A stretch of 64,000 nucleotides of DNA from the human T2T-CHM13v2.0 reference genome, Homo sapiens (GCF_009914755.1 NC_060936.1), one strand, 5' to 3'. Positions 30,402-48,637 are shown, numbered from the stretch's first letter. Program-made: numbers and translations. The notes: generated from the letters alone by a model not told the origin.

Positions 30402-31157
30402 GTCACACAGATCTTTTCTGATGGCTTGCTTTTGTGTTTTGTATCTCTGCTCTGTTTGATTTGGCAGAAAAGGCTCCTGCGCAAAGCCATGTGCAAGTCT
30501 CCCTGTATGTCTTGGCTGCTCCTGTGCTCCTGATGGAAATGTGTCGGGGGACATTATTCTAAAGGATCCAAATCAAGCCGCAAATGATGAAAACCTCATT
30601 GCTCAAGTAGAGAGGAAAACAAATCCATCCATCCTGACTCCCACTGCCATGGAAACCCCAAATGAGTTCAAAAGGCCAGTACAGGCAATGCTTGCAGCTT
30701 TTCTTATGCTCTCTTGTCATTTCAGGGGATTGTGTTTGCAGGCACATGCTGAGAAGAGGAGGCCTTTTGAATGGAATGCACCAAGGAGGAAGCTTTCCAA
30801 AACCCAGGCTAATCATCTGTAGCAGCATCAACATAATTATTATTATGTGAGGAGTTTGTAGCCAAACACTTCGGTACATCTATTAGGGACCCTCAAACCA
30901 CACCAAGTGCTCAGCCTCTCTGCAGAAATTCACTCACCCCTTAATCAAGCAACGCTATTAGAGGAAAGCTTTGCTGATTCAGCTGGGAGGCATCAGGCAA
31001 TCCTCTGGCTTCTGCAGCATCTCCTAACAAAGTGTTGCTTCTGGAACCCTAGAATGAACATTGAACATTCATTGCAAGTGTCAAATACTAGGACCTGTGA
31101 TATCTCTGTACCCATTCCTAAAAAGACCCAGGTATATCCAATCAAAAGATCCAGGTA

Positions 31158-31531
<374 letters not shown>

Positions 31532-31742
31532 TTATTATTAGCAAAACTGTCACTAGGCCAGAGTGCCTATTAATGGGTCCCAGGTTCAAGAATGCATGTT
31601 CCATCCACATAAAGACAGTGCCCCAGTGGAGGTGCTTAACTCTGTGGTTTTTGATACTCAGATCAGCAATGGCACCTGAGTATTCCTGAACATTCAGCCA
31701 GCAGAAATTTCTAGCTCATCTTTTAAGTATATATAATATGTT

Positions 31743-32240
<498 letters not shown>

Positions 32241-32765
32241 AAGGTCAACATTCAGCAGGACACAATGAAATCACGTTCATGATATCTGTGTTTTTTATTC
32301 GCTCACCCCCATCTTTCATCTCATGCTGGTAGTTGACAGAACTAGAGAGAACATCAAATGTTACCAAACAGAACACATCAAACTCAGGGAGTTTGGCACA
32401 TCAAACTCGGGGAGAAGAGCATTAACAGTTTTCCAAATTTATGCATTGACAACGAGCATTTTAAGGCTCCAAAATGCAGTTGATTGCTAAAGAGTAACTA
32501 CAAGAGGCTTAGACCATTTACAGGATGGAATTAGAATGGCATAATTCAGCAGAGGGGATAGACCTCTTAGCAGGAGAGACAAGAGAAAGTATAAACCTAC
32601 AAAAAGACACCTTCTGGGGAAGCACTCACATGTTTGAGCATGCTGTCTGGTTAGAGTAGGCCCAAACTCAAAACTTTTATTTCTAACCTGTGACCCCAGA
32701 CATCTACACACCCAATCTGAGTCAAACAGAAGGAATTGTTCTTTTCTATTTCAAAACTTCATGGG

Positions 32766-33114
<349 letters not shown>

Positions 33115-33172
33115 TTAAGCACCTAGCATCCATTCTGTAGCAAAAGCTAATAATATTCATGCACTGGAAACT

Positions 33173-33422
33173 TGTATTAATGAGGGTTCTCCAGAGAAAA
33201 GAACCAGTAGGATATATATACAGATATATTGAAAGAGACGTATTTTGAGGGATCGGCTCCCCATTTCTCAGGGCTTTCAGATGCAGACTGGGACTTACAC
33301 CATCGGCCTCCCCAGTTCTCAGGGCTTTGGGTTTGAACTAGAACTATACCACCAGCTTTTCTCGTTCTCCAGATTGTAGATGGCAGATTGTGGGGCTTCT
33401 CAGCCTCCACAGTTGCATGAGC
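33173..33422. mobile_element. MLT2 LTR 3' part with internal inversion
   Basis: 33173-33259 antisense MLT2 end (TGTATT..AGGGTTCTCCAGAGAAA.GAACCA.TAGGA); 33260-33422 sense MLT2 (GGACTTACACCATCGG, TCTCCAG.TTG.AGATGGCAGATTGTGGG.CTTCTCAGCCTCCA). Confidence 0.85.
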
Positions 33423-34144
33423 TTGTTTGAATGAGAAAGCAATTGCTTGAAGCAACAGCAGACAATACAAAATGCACATTTTATATTGAATCAGGAAGAG
33501 GAAGCAAAAGTATAAAATGATGAATCTCCCCTGTTCCCCAGTTCTGCTCGGGCTTTGCCCACTCTTTCCTGCCTGCATGTGGATATTTAGAAGGTGCACA
33601 GAGGCACTGGCGTTCCAAACAGTCACCCACCCACTCGGCTTCTTGCACTCTGTTTGTAACTCATTCAGAAACTGCAAAATAGAGTGAAGAAGAAAAAGCA
33701 GGTGATTTTCCCTGCCTTCTTTTACCAAAGAGGCGGCATGCTGTGGCCTTATTTCTGCATCATCTTGAGCTGATAGAGTGTTCCTCAGTCATCCCCAAAC
33801 CACAGCTGGGCTGCTCTTCCCTCCTGTACCCCTGCTGAAAGTTTCGGTCTCTCCATTTTCCTTAAGCTACTGCAAATCTTGTCACCATAAGGGCCAGACA
33901 CTTTGCCCTGGCATGTGGAAAGACACAGGGCTTGATGGCACTTGCAAAGGGGACTGTACTAGTCTCCATTTGTCCCCCATGCCTGCCACCATCCTTTGCC
34001 CTCCTCTACCTGCCTGGGGGCCCCCAAACGACTGATCTCTAGGGCTGAATCACCCAAGCCCCTCTGTCCTCAGGTTAGACCTGGGGGAAGGAGGGACAGG
34101 AAGTGGTTGGAAAGCTGGTGGAAGCACGGAATTAGTAGGGCATT

Positions 34145-34625
34145 ACACAGATCAAGGTTCTTAGTTGCAGACAATAGAATTCACCATGGCTAGTTTAAGC
34201 AGAAAGAAATACATGAAAAACTTCATTTACTCCGATGTGATTATTATACATTATATGCCTGTATCAAAATATCCTATGTACCCCATGAGTACATACACCT
34301 ACTATGTACCCATAAAAACTAAAAATTTAAAAAAGAGAAATACATAGAAAGAACTAAAGAGCTTATAGAATCTTTCAGAGGACCAGAGAACCAGGCTTGA
34401 ACACTACTCAGCCAGAAACAATGCAGCCAGAAAAAAACGTCCTCTGATGGCATGCAACTGTTTCCATGCACACCCCAGCAGAACCAAGTGCTTCCACCAC
34501 TAAGCTTAGCAGAGAATCTGTTCTCTCTCTGGGCTCAGCCACCACCTTGCTGCTGTGCCTCACACGTTGGCAGAAACTGTCGTGAATATCAATCTAGCTG
34601 CAAGGGAGTCTAAGAATGTAGTTTT
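34145..34625 (-). mobile_element. Old MLT1-type LTR fragment
   Basis: GGTTCTTAGTTGCAG.CAA.AGAA..C..TGGCTAGTTTAAGCAGAAA; CTAGCTGCAAGGGAGTCT. Confidence 0.6.
34215..34333 (+). mobile_element. L1MA 3' terminal fragment
   Basis: ATGCCTGTATCAAAATATC..ATGTACCCCAT..ACACCTACTATGTACCCA; TSD AGAAATACAT. Confidence 0.85.
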
Positions 34626-34794
34626 TTGCTTTCCTGATCGAAAGTGATTCAAATACGTATTGAATGAGTCAACTTACAGTATCTGCCGCAATAATTTTAG
34701 GGCTCCTTTCCTGTGGCTTTATTAATGTGATTTGTGCCAGAAAGACTGTGAGGTATGGCGAAAAGAATATGGGCCATGAAATCAGATAGAGGTG

Positions 34795-35180
34795 GTTCTT
34801 TCTTTTCCTTGAACACACCAAATTTGTTCCTATCTTAGGGTCACTGCATTTGTTCACCTTTTGCCTGAAACACTCTGCACCAGTATCTTCTCATGGGTCT
34901 TCAAGTTCCAGCGCAAATGTTACCTCCTCAGAGAGGCTGCCTTCCCTGGCCAGCCCATCTACAGCAACCCACCTCACCCTCACCTCCCATCATCTCACCT
35001 TTTTAATTTTCTTTTTAGGACTTCGCTGCCATTTTCTTGCTTTTTGTCATTTATGATCCAAGCTCCCCTCATCCCAAATAGAATATAAATTCCATAAGAG
35101 CAGGGACTTGCTCTGTCTTGTTCACAGCTGTGTCACTGGAGCCCACAAAAGTGTCTGATACACGACAGTAATAGCATTGA
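34795..35180 (+). mobile_element. L2 3' fragment
   Basis: AAATGTTACCTCCTCAGAGAGGC..TTCCCTG; AGAATATAAATTCCAT.AGAGCAGGGAC. Confidence 0.75.
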
Positions 35181-35194
35181 TTATATAATTACCA

Positions 35195-35390
35195 TCTGCC
35201 ACATATTGTTTAATCCTCATGCTACTCTTTATGAAATAATTACTGTTATCTTTGCCATTTTGCAGAAGAGAAAATAGAAGCTGAGACAGGGTAATAATTA
35301 TTTGTCTCAGGCCAGACAGCAAGTAAATCATGGATTCAAACCTAGGTAGTCTGGCTCCAGAGTCTAAACTCTTAACTGCTATAGCATGCT
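35195..35390 (-). mobile_element. MIR
   Basis: CCATTTTGCAGA.GAGAAAA..GAAGCT; GGATTCAAACCTAGGTAGTCTGGCTCCAGAG. Confidence 0.8.
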
Positions 35391-35423
35391 GAATATAGTA
35401 GATGTTCAATAAATACTTTATGA

Positions 35424-35556
35424 GGCTGGGTGTGGTGGCTCACACCTGTAATCCCAGCACTTTGGGAGGCTGAGGTGGGAAGATAGCTTAAGGCTGGGAG
35501 TTTAAGAGCAGCCTGGGCAACATAGTGAGACCTCGCCTCTAAAAAATAAATAAAAA
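35424..35556 (+). mobile_element. FLAM monomer
   Basis: Left monomer with A tail. Confidence 0.85.
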
Positions 35557-35871
35557 TGTTGTGGCTAAGTGAATGGACACCTTGTAGTCATCTCACTGAC
35601 ACTGTGTTGCATTTAACACTGCTGGATTATCTATTTCTCCATCTCTCTCATGGGCTTCTCTTCCTGAAACCCCTTTCCCCCTTCCTTAAACACTAGCGTT
35701 CCCCAAACCTCCATCCTGTGTCAGCTGCTCTTCTTACTACCTGCTCTCTTGGGTGATATTATTCAGCATCATGATTGAACCATATTATATACTGATAAGT
35801 CCCAGCTCAACCATAAATCTCTAGCATCGACTCTCCCAGAGTGAGAGAATTAAATGTTCATGGCTTCCTGA

Positions 35872-36189
<318 letters not shown>

Positions 36190-36559
36190 TGATATCACCT
36201 TTTGAGGATCCTTTGGGCATCCCAAACTCAACAAACACAAGTTAACTTAATTTGCTGTAGGTACAGTCAGGTTAATCCCAGCCAGGCTGTGAAAAGCATT
36301 CCATTTCATCTTCCCCCAAACAAAATCTGCTCCTTCTCCCCTATCCCCCACCTCAGCCAATATCACCACCATTTATCCAGCTTCCAAGGCCAAGAGCCTG
36401 GCAGGCATTTTGGAGTTTTCCTCCCTTGCCTCATTGCCCACCTGTGACTAAGTCCTGTGGATTCTACGTCTTAAGTAGTTCTCCAATCCATCCCTTCCTC
36501 TCTATTCCTGCTCCCAGCGGGACTATTGAATGTATTCTGAAGATCATATATTACAGTTG

Positions 36560-37078
36560 TGTTACAGGAAAGGGGTCCCGATCCAGACCTCAAGAGAGAG
36601 TTCTTGGATCTCACGCAAGAAAGAATTTAGGGTGAGTCTGCACTGCAAAGCAAAAGCCAGTTTATTAAGAAAGTAAAATGGTGAGAAGACAGCTACTCCT
36701 TAGACAGAGTAGGATGTTGCCGAAAGTAAGAGGAGGAACGCATTCACCCTAGGGACAATGCTTGTATATATAGGGGGATGTGCTCTGCTACAAGGGTTTG
36801 TGATAAAGAATTAATTTTCTTCATTACTATGTTTTGCAAGAATTGATATTATTATCTTTAAAGCAAAATTAGGAATGCCTTTGTGCTCCAGATATTGGGA
36901 TATCTGCACACTCCCAAGTCTGGGCCTGTTTAGCAAACATTATTAATTTGTTGCCCGAACCATAAACCTCTAGAGGCCAGGAATGCCTAACTTCTGAGAA
37001 TGCAGCCTAGCCAGTCTCAGCCTCATTTTCCTAGCCCTCACTCAAAATGGGGTTGCTGTGGTTCGAATGCCTCTTACA
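36560..37078 (-). mobile_element. ERV1 solo LTR, LTR15/MER41-related
   Basis: Ends TGTTACAGGAAAGGGGTCCCGATCCAGAC and GGTTCGAATGCCTCTTACA; 4-bp TSD GTTG/GTAG. Confidence 0.85.
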
Positions 37079-38558
37079 GTAGCATCCTAACTTCTCTACC
37101 TGTCTCTGGTCTTGCTCCCTTCTATGTGTTTCCCGAATACCCCAGCATGACCTAACTGCAGTAGAAATCTGCTTGCTCGACTCTAGCCTCCCCAGTGGCT
37201 CTGCCATTCATTGCCTTCAGGACAAACTTCCAGCCTGTTAAAAATCAACCTTGATGCAGTCCCTGCCCACGCCTCCAAATGTGGCATCAAGCCTCCCTCC
37301 CCCAACCTTTACCATCACCCTATGCTTCAGAAATAGCCAGGTCACCGCATTTCCCCAGCAAAACTCACATAGAGTCATGCTTTTCTCCTTATAAAACAGT
37401 GATCAGGGAAAGCCAGTCAACTTGAGAGGAGAGGGATGGACATCATTAGAGCTTTTCAGCCCCCTATTTTAGTTTCTCCTTGAGGCCCAGCTGCAGTCCT
37501 GCCATTTTATTTCACCAGACACTCCAAGAGCTTTATAATTCAGACTCTTCATTTGCTTCTGCGAGCTCTCATTGAAGTCTGTTATTTGCAACCAAAAGAG
37601 TTCCAACAAATGCACTGATGAACTGAAAGAAAAGGCGTCTATTTACATGAAATGATTTGCATGAGAGGAAAGAAGGAGCCACTTCCCAGGAAGAGAGAGA
37701 TGGGACTGGGGAGGATGGTCGCGCCAGCCCCAGGGATTCGTATCTGAGCACGGTGGCAAGAGAAGCTGCAAACAGAAGACAAAGCCTGTTTTACAAAGGC
37801 TCCCTCTTGAAGCACACAGTTTGTGTGCCCAAGGGACAAAGTGCCACACAGAGCAGGGCCTTCTTGATGCAGTGCAGCTTTGGCACATTTAGGGTTCCCA
37901 GTAACAAGAAACTGCTCTGGCATCTCCAGGGCTGGCTGTCCAGGGATCACTGGAAGTTGGCATTCTTGGGACAGTCTTAGGGTTATCCCAGGGGGCACCA
38001 GCAGTTTGGGTGGTGGAAATGCACATTCTCAAATGGCTAGCTGGGCAAAGGATATCTGTGGGTCAGAGCACAGGAAGAAGGCATCACATTACCCAGTAAC
38101 TGTAGAGGATACACTTGTTTGCAATATACCCTCTGAGAACTTCCAGAAATAACTGAGTGAGACTTGAGTGGGGTACTTGAGGCACCCAAACCTGAAGACG
38201 TTAGATAAATTCAGCAAAATATGGGTTATCACCATTAATGTGCCCCCCTTTCAACCCACAGGCCAGGGGAACCTGAGGAAATCAGGTTCATGGCATTAGG
38301 CTCACTTTAAAAAATGAAAAAGAGAAAGAATAAAATAACCTACTAAACTATAAATGGAATTACATGCGGGGCTTTTATTCTTCGTTCAAAGTCTTCTCTA
38401 TAGCTCTCAAGATATTTATGAAATGTCATCTGCTAAAAGAAGTAGTTTATAATTTAGCTTGTTAAGATTTTTCTTTTAATTCAGCAAAGTAGAATGGGAT
38501 GAACTTATATTCCAGGGCCACAGGTCTGAAAGTCATAAAATTATGAAATTATAAAGTC

Positions 38559-38880
38559 AGCCAGGTGCAGTGGCTCATGCCTGTAATCCCAACGCATTGA
38601 GACACTGAGGCAGGAGGGTCGCTTCAGGCTAGGAGTTCTAGGCCAGCCTAGGCAACATAGTGGGATCTCATCTCTACAGAAAATTTTAAAAAACCGGCCA
38701 GACTTGGTGGCACGGGCCTGTGCTCCTAAGTGCCAGCCACTCAGGAGGCTGAGGTAGGAGGATCACTTGAGCCCAGGAGTTCAAGGTTACAGTGAGCAAT
38801 GATCACACCACTGCACTCCAGACTAGTCAACAGAGCAAGAACCTAACTCTAAAAAAATAAAAAAAGAAAAAAGAAAAAAA
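38559..38880 (+). mobile_element. AluJ
   Basis: Diverged dimer, A-rich tail. Confidence 0.9.
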
Positions 38881-39256
38881 TCACGGGGTCTCTGGTTAAT
38901 CAAAGAGCTCTTGCACATTTTCCTTTATCTCATTTTGGAAAGAAGCAGACAGGCATTTTTGTAAGCTTAGTTTTAGTCCCACATTTTATATTATATTGCT
39001 TGACCCAATGGTGAAATGGCACATTTTGCACAGGCTGGTTGGGATTAACCCAACTGAACATACAGTAAATCAATTCACCCATGGAATGGATGTCAACAGA
39101 GCCTTAAAGAGAAACTTTATCTCTACAGAAAACTTTGAACTAAATTCAACTTGACACTTACATATCCTTCATGCTCTTCAAGTGCTTTTTTATTCTTATT
39201 AGTAATGAGATAATGAGTTTTTCATTTGAGCTGATTCATTATAAAAATCTTCTTTT

Positions 39257-39563
<307 letters not shown>

Positions 39564-39577
39564 CTATGTTTATTCTT

Positions 39578-39859
39578 TGAGACGGAGTTTCACTCTTGTT
39601 GCCCAGGCTGGAGTGCAATGGCGCAATCTCGGCTAACCGCAACCCCCACCTCTTGGGTACAAGTGATTCTCTGCCTCAGCCTCCCAAGTAGCTGGGATTA
39701 CAGACATGCACCACCACGCCCAGCTTATTTTGTATTTTTAGTAGAGATGGAATTTCTCCATGTTGGTCAGGCTGGTCTTGAACTCCTGACCTCAGGTGAT
39801 CCGCCCGCCTCAGCCTCCCAAATTGCTGGGATTACAGGCGTGAGCCACAGTGACCGGCC
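39578..39859 (-). mobile_element. AluSp/Sq-like with essentially no poly(A) tail
   Basis: TSD AACTATGTTTATTCTT at 39562-39577 and 39860-39875. Confidence 0.92.
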
Positions 39860-39999
39860 AACTATGTTTATTCTTGTAACAGCCTGGAGACATGAAATGC
39901 AGGACCATTAGTTCACTGGAAGATTAAAAACTTGGGGAATTATGTTTTTCAAACATAAACTTTCAAGTAAATGAAATCCAGGAATTAAACTTGCTATGT

Positions 40000-40190
40000 G
40001 ATAGGAATTGTCCACAGCAATTCACAAAACCTAATGAGAAAGACACTGTTGTTATCCCTAGGTCATAGACGAAGAAACAGAAGCTTGGAGAGCTTATGTA
40101 ACTGACTTGCCAAAGACCCCACAGCTTGTGAGTGTTAGGGCAGGGATTTAAGGCAACCTGACTACAGAGCCCACATGTACTGATCAGGAT
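40000..40190 (-). mobile_element. MIR
   Basis: AGA.GAAGAAAC.GAAGCT..GAGAG..TAACTGACTTGCCAAAG. Confidence 0.7.
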
Positions 40191-40324
40191 ACTCTGCAAC
40201 CTCCCAGCTTCTCCTACCTCCTTTCTTGAGCTAGCGTGTGTGTCTTTGGGCTGTTTTGTTACCAACTCTGACTCCATCTATACGTGATCTTATCTTACCT
40301 AGCCCCTAAGAAAGTCTAACTGGC

Positions 40325-40455
40325 AGCCAGGTGAGGTGGCTCATGCCTGAAATGCCAGCATTTTGGGAGGCCAAGGCAGGAGGATTGCTTGAGCCTAGGC
40401 GTTCAAAACGAGCCTGGGTAACATAGCAAGACCCCGTCTCTATTTTTTTAAAAAA
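40325..40455 (+). mobile_element. FLAM monomer
   Basis: TSD AAGAAAGTCTAACTGG. Confidence 0.87.
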
Positions 40456-40910
40456 GAAAGTCTAACTGGTTTAGCTTGGATTATGGTCCACATTTAAATG
40501 GTGAGGACATGGGCTGGAGAGTCCCTTAAATGCACCCACTACATCTTGTTGAATTCTGTGCACTCAAGACTGGAACAACCACCACAGGCAATAATATAGC
40601 AAGAGGAGAGTGGCAGGAAAACTAACCAGTGTTGATTACCTAGTAGGTACCAAACACTATGCGAAGTGTTTTAAATGCATTACCTCATTTATCTTTATAA
40701 CAACACAAGGGCTAAAGGAGACCAAAGACTACCAAAAGGTCAATCAAAACCATTTCTAAGGTTAAAGAATAAAGATAATGCAAGACATTAGAAAGCCCCA
40801 ACAGCATAAGAGGAATGAGGATAAGAAAAATGGCACTAAGGAAGAGCCTTGAAAAAGGAGACTTAATTTTTTTTCTTAATTTATATTTTGAATAAATATT
40901 ACAGTAATGG

Positions 40911-41245
40911 GGCTGGGCGCGGTGGCTCATGCCTGTAAGCCCAGCACTTTGGGAGGCCGAGGTGGGTGGATCACGAGGTCAGGAGATCGAGACCATCCTG
41001 GCTAACACGGTGAAACCCTGTCTCTACTAAAAATACAAAAAATTAGCTGGGCGTGGTGGCATGTGCCTGTAATTCCAGCTGAGGCAGGAGAATGGCGTGA
41101 ACCCAGGAGGCGGAGCTTGCAGTGAGCCAAGATTGTGCCAGTGCACTCCAGCCTGGGCGACAGAGCAAGATTCTGTCTCAAAAAAAATAAATAAATAAAA
41201 AAATAAAAAAATAAAAAAATAAAAAAAAAATATATATATATATAT
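40911..41245 (+). mobile_element. AluY with short right-arm deletion and patterned tail
   Basis: AluY diagnostics; CCAGCT joined to GAGGCAGG; (A7T)n then (TA)n tail. Confidence 0.9.
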
Positions 41246-41462
41246 AACAACAATGGTACAAAATTCAAAAGATATATAAGAGAGTTTTTTGTTATTTCCT
41301 TGTTTTATATAGTCAAAACAGTTTATTGATTGGGACCATAAACTTTTCTTTTCATAAAAGTTTCATAATGGACATTTGTCATTTGTGTCTGCCTCAAATC
41401 TTTTTTTGGTAGTTCTTCTATGTTGTGAATTCTCTTTTCCATAGGAAGAAAAAAAACAACCA

Positions 41463-42200
<738 letters not shown>

Positions 42201-42234
42201 GATTCCAAGGTATTGGGAATCTGGAATTGACTAG

Positions 42235-43780
<1,546 letters not shown>

Positions 43781-44641
43781 GAGTTGTGTTCATAGATGTC
43801 CACGTCATCCAGTGGCAGAACACCAAAATTATCACCTGTAGTGACACAGAATGAAGTGCCTATTGAAAGCAAGGCCCTGGGGGCTGCAGCGCGGGGATTA
43901 TAAAGGCCACGAGGTGAGCAGTTACATCTAACTGCACGATGAAGTTTAAAGAAAAGAAATGGCATTTTCAGGGATTTAAATTCTCACTTCGAAGCATGGT
44001 CAGTGAATGAGAAAATTTCTGTGACTTCCTTCAAGTACTCTTTTATGTCATGCAGGTTCAAGGCTAATGAAGCTGAAAATCAGAGGCAGAGGCAGAGCCT
44101 GAAGATTGATGAATCTCAAAATTGACTGAATTCACAGTCCCGCTATGACTTTCTGGGCATTGATTGGGAAAAGGTGGTTTTTCCCCTGAGTATTGGAGTG
44201 GAAATATTTTGGAGGTGTTAGATAACGCCAAGAATCTGAAACCCCAGGACTCACAGAGCCTCGTAGGCCAATAAAATGAGAGCAGCCCTTCCTCCCTTTC
44301 TGATGAGGCTGGTCCTGTTTTATGCAGAGACCCTGTATCGAGCTCACTGAATGGTCACCTTGCAACGGGATGTGGCCCATGGGCCACGAGGACTCTGCTC
44401 ATGGTCTCCAGATCCACAACTAGAGTCAGATTCTAGAATGTCCTGAAATCAAAACCAAACCTGGGAAGAGAAGACTTACGTACCAAAAGAATAGCAAGAT
44501 TATGAAGAGGTTTACACTTCCTGCTTGGCTGTCTAAAAGTGAGACTCAATGGTGGCCTGTGCAGGAGAAGTCAGATGCCACACAATCCTTGATGCGCTGT
44601 GGAAAAAGGAACCCAAAGCCTTAGAGAGATACAAATGTTGG

Positions 44642-45313
<672 letters not shown>

Positions 45314-46219
45314 GTTAGAGTGGATTTATAATCACTGATCTACTCACCCACCTTCAGAAAAAACACACATTGGTGAGAGAGGAGTTGGCATTCTTGAAAA
45401 GCGGATGCCCTCTGTAGGCCAGGGATGATGGTGAGAGATGCTTTGATGGAAAGAGGTTTCCTTGGGGGGCAAACATCAGCTTTAACCTTCAGGGGCAAGC
45501 ACGTCCTGATTCCTGAAAAAAAGCAGAAGACTTAGATGAGATTATCAAAAGGATTTGACTCTAAGGGATATTTGAGGGTGCTTAATAGATCCTAGGGCCT
45601 TTGGGGCTGAAATACATGGACGCTAAAGTCTGACCTAATATGTATAACAACAAAATATAAGTCTGGGGAACAGAGGACTGACTAGTCGTGATGATGGCGA
45701 GTCCAGTCCTTCACCCAATGCCAGGCCTGAGTCACTTTCCAAACCCAGAGCCCTTTGAATAGCAGGGAGACAAGATGCTCTTGAGGAACAACCCAGCAAT
45801 GACAGCACAGTGTGTACTGAAGTCTTCCTCCTATCCTTTCAGGAAGGCACTTGGGACAATTTACCAGGGCAATTGGACCCTGGGAAAAGGAACTCATAGA
45901 CCTTTCAGGATGACTATCTTTTAACTAATGCTAATCCTGCAGGCCCCAAATGCCATCTGTGATTCTCTGGTAGGTGTATGGAATTTTATGGTAATAGCTG
46001 ATAGCGGGGCTTACTCACAGCGGGGACTGTTCCCAGTGACCCCAGTGGGTCCTTGAACTCATAGTTATTTCCTCAGTTCTTGAGTGCTTAGTTGTAATCA
46101 AAGTACCGGCAGAATAGTCACACTGGCTCCCTGACCTGTGATGTGAATGTTATTACAGTTGGAAGTGTTAAGAGGAAGGCTCTGGAATGGTCCCTCCCTG
46201 CTGAAATAATAAACCAAAT

Positions 46220-46395
46220 GCTTTGTGTCTATTAACTCATTGAATTTTCACAGCAACCCTATGATGTAGGAAATATGATCGTGCCCATTTACAGATGAGG
46301 AAACTGAGGCACAGAGAAGTTAAGCAATTTGCCCACGTTTACATGGCTGGTAAGAGTGAATTCAAATCCAGTCAAATTTTAGAGTCCACATACCA
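46220..46395 (-). mobile_element. MIR
   Basis: CCCATTTACAGATGAGGAAACTGAGGCACAGAGAAGTTAAG. Confidence 0.88.
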
Positions 46396-46413
46396 ACCAA
46401 AAATCCTCAGTCA

Positions 46414-46698
46414 GGCTGGGCACAGTGGCTCATGCCTGTAATCCCAGCACTTTGGGAGGCTAAGGCAGGAGGACCGTTTGAGCCCAGGAGTTCAAGACCA
46501 GTAGGGGCAACACAGTGAGACCCTGTCTGAAAAAAAAAAATTAGCTGGGCACGGTGGTGCACGCCTGTAGTCTCAGCTACTCAGGAGGCTGAGGCAGAAG
46601 GATCACCTGAACCCAGGAGGTTGAGGCTACAGTGAGTTATAATTGTGCAACTGCACTCCAGCCTGGGTGACAGAGGGAGACATTGTCTCAGAAAAAAA
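46414..46698 (+). mobile_element. AluJ
   Basis: TSD AAA.TCC.CAGTCA. Confidence 0.9.
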
Positions 46699-46704
46699 GT
46701 CCGC

Positions 46705-46815
46705 AGTCAGCTGAGATGCTTGCTACAGGCAAAAGGGACATCAAAGGAGTGGTGGAGGAAAGATGTTATAAACACCAATTGCGCCCTTGTGAATATTGTA
46801 GAAACAAGGAATGAA
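46705..46815 (+). mobile_element. ERVL pol C-terminal remnant
   Basis: Translates AEMLA.GKG..K.VVEE..YKHQLRP.E...KQG. Confidence 0.6.
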
Positions 46816-46829
46816 GTAGCTATTCATGT

Positions 46830-47060
46830 TGAGTATAGTTAAGAGGCCCAGGAATAGAATTTGAAGTCAGACTGAATGGGTTCAGATCCCAGATTTACTG
46901 CTGAAGATGTTGAAAAATTTTCTTAACTTCTATTTGGCTCAATTTCCCCATAAGTTAAAAAAAAAAGTGGGGAGAAGGGAACACTGATAGTTCTTATTTA
47001 GTAGGCTTATTATAAGGATTAAATTAATTAACATTTATGTAAAGTGCCTGGAAGGCAGTG
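46830..47060 (+). mobile_element. MIR
   Basis: GAAGTCAGACTG..TGGGTTC.GATCCCAG; AAGGATTAAAT.A.TTAA. Confidence 0.7.
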
Positions 47061-47122
47061 TTTGCTATTATTATCTTCCTTACTGTATCGAGTACATTTT
47101 GATGCAGTTAACTAATTTTCTA

Positions 47123-47422
47123 TTTTATTTCTTTTTTTTTTGAGACAGAGTCTCGCTTTGTCGCCCGGGTTGCAGTGCAATGGCACCATCTCGGCTCCCT
47201 GCAACCTCTGCCTCCCGGGTTCAAGCAATTCCCCTGCCTCAGCCTCCTGAGTAGCTGGGACTACAGGCACCTGCCATCATGCCAGGCTAATTTTTGTATT
47301 TTTGTAGAGACGGGGTTTCACCATGTTGGCCAGCCTGATCTCTAACTCCCGACCTTAGGTGATCCACCCACCTTGGCCTCCCAAAGTGCTGGGATTACAG
47401 GCGTGAGCCGCTGCACCCAGCC
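47123..47422 (-). mobile_element. AluS
   Basis: Antisense dimer. Confidence 0.92.
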
Positions 47423-47506
47423 TATTTTCTTATAGCTTTTCTCCTACTATTTTGTATAGTCTATGTCAACGATGGCCAAGTTTACAACTTAGTTCAGGGG
47501 TTATAG

Positions 47507-47806
<300 letters not shown>

Positions 47807-47991
47807 GAAGAGGGCTTATTATTAAACTTGAGGAGGAACAACCATCACTCAGAAGTCCTGGACTTGGAGAAAGATTCAGGAGCTGCTATGACTTCAGGTC
47901 TCTCCTTTAGGGAAGAGAGTGAACATGTTCTCATTTTTACAAGGGATAGTAACATCTCAAATTATAGAAAGTTATATGGCTTAAAGGTAGA

Positions 47992-48318
<327 letters not shown>

Positions 48319-48637
48319 CTTAAAGGTAGATTTGCTGTGGATGCTTTGCTTTTAAAAATTATGACTATGGTGAATGTTCATTAATATTCACCTATAGTTT
48401 ATCCAATTAGTTACGATGCTGGTTACTGATGCTAATGCTGATAATAGCATCAGACTGTAGAGCTCATAGAATAATTATGTAATGTCATCTATTTCATTAA
48501 ACTGTAAGCTCCATGAAGGTCAGGGTCTTTTCTCTCTTGTTTTCCATCATATACCCAGAGCTACTGCAGTGTGCTGCACACGGGATCTCTCAATACATAT
48601 TAGAATAAATGACCCATTTATTTTGAGTATGACGATT

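Noticed and set aside
32375-32414. Direct repeat ACATCAAACTC(A/G)GGGAG x2 as an array or CRISPR-like unit
   Set aside because: Only two copies with a 6-nt spacer; ordinary local duplication in eukaryotic DNA.
33177-33728. Longest ORF (183 aa, minus strand)
   Set aside because: The C-terminal half is translated MLT2 LTR in both orientations and the rest resembles no protein I know; chance ORF.
37569-38152. Overlapping ORFs as an exon, and a CTCF-like CCAGGGGGCAC near 37988
   Set aside because: No recognisable protein or convincing splice pair; the CTCF match lacks the 5' CCAC/G half.
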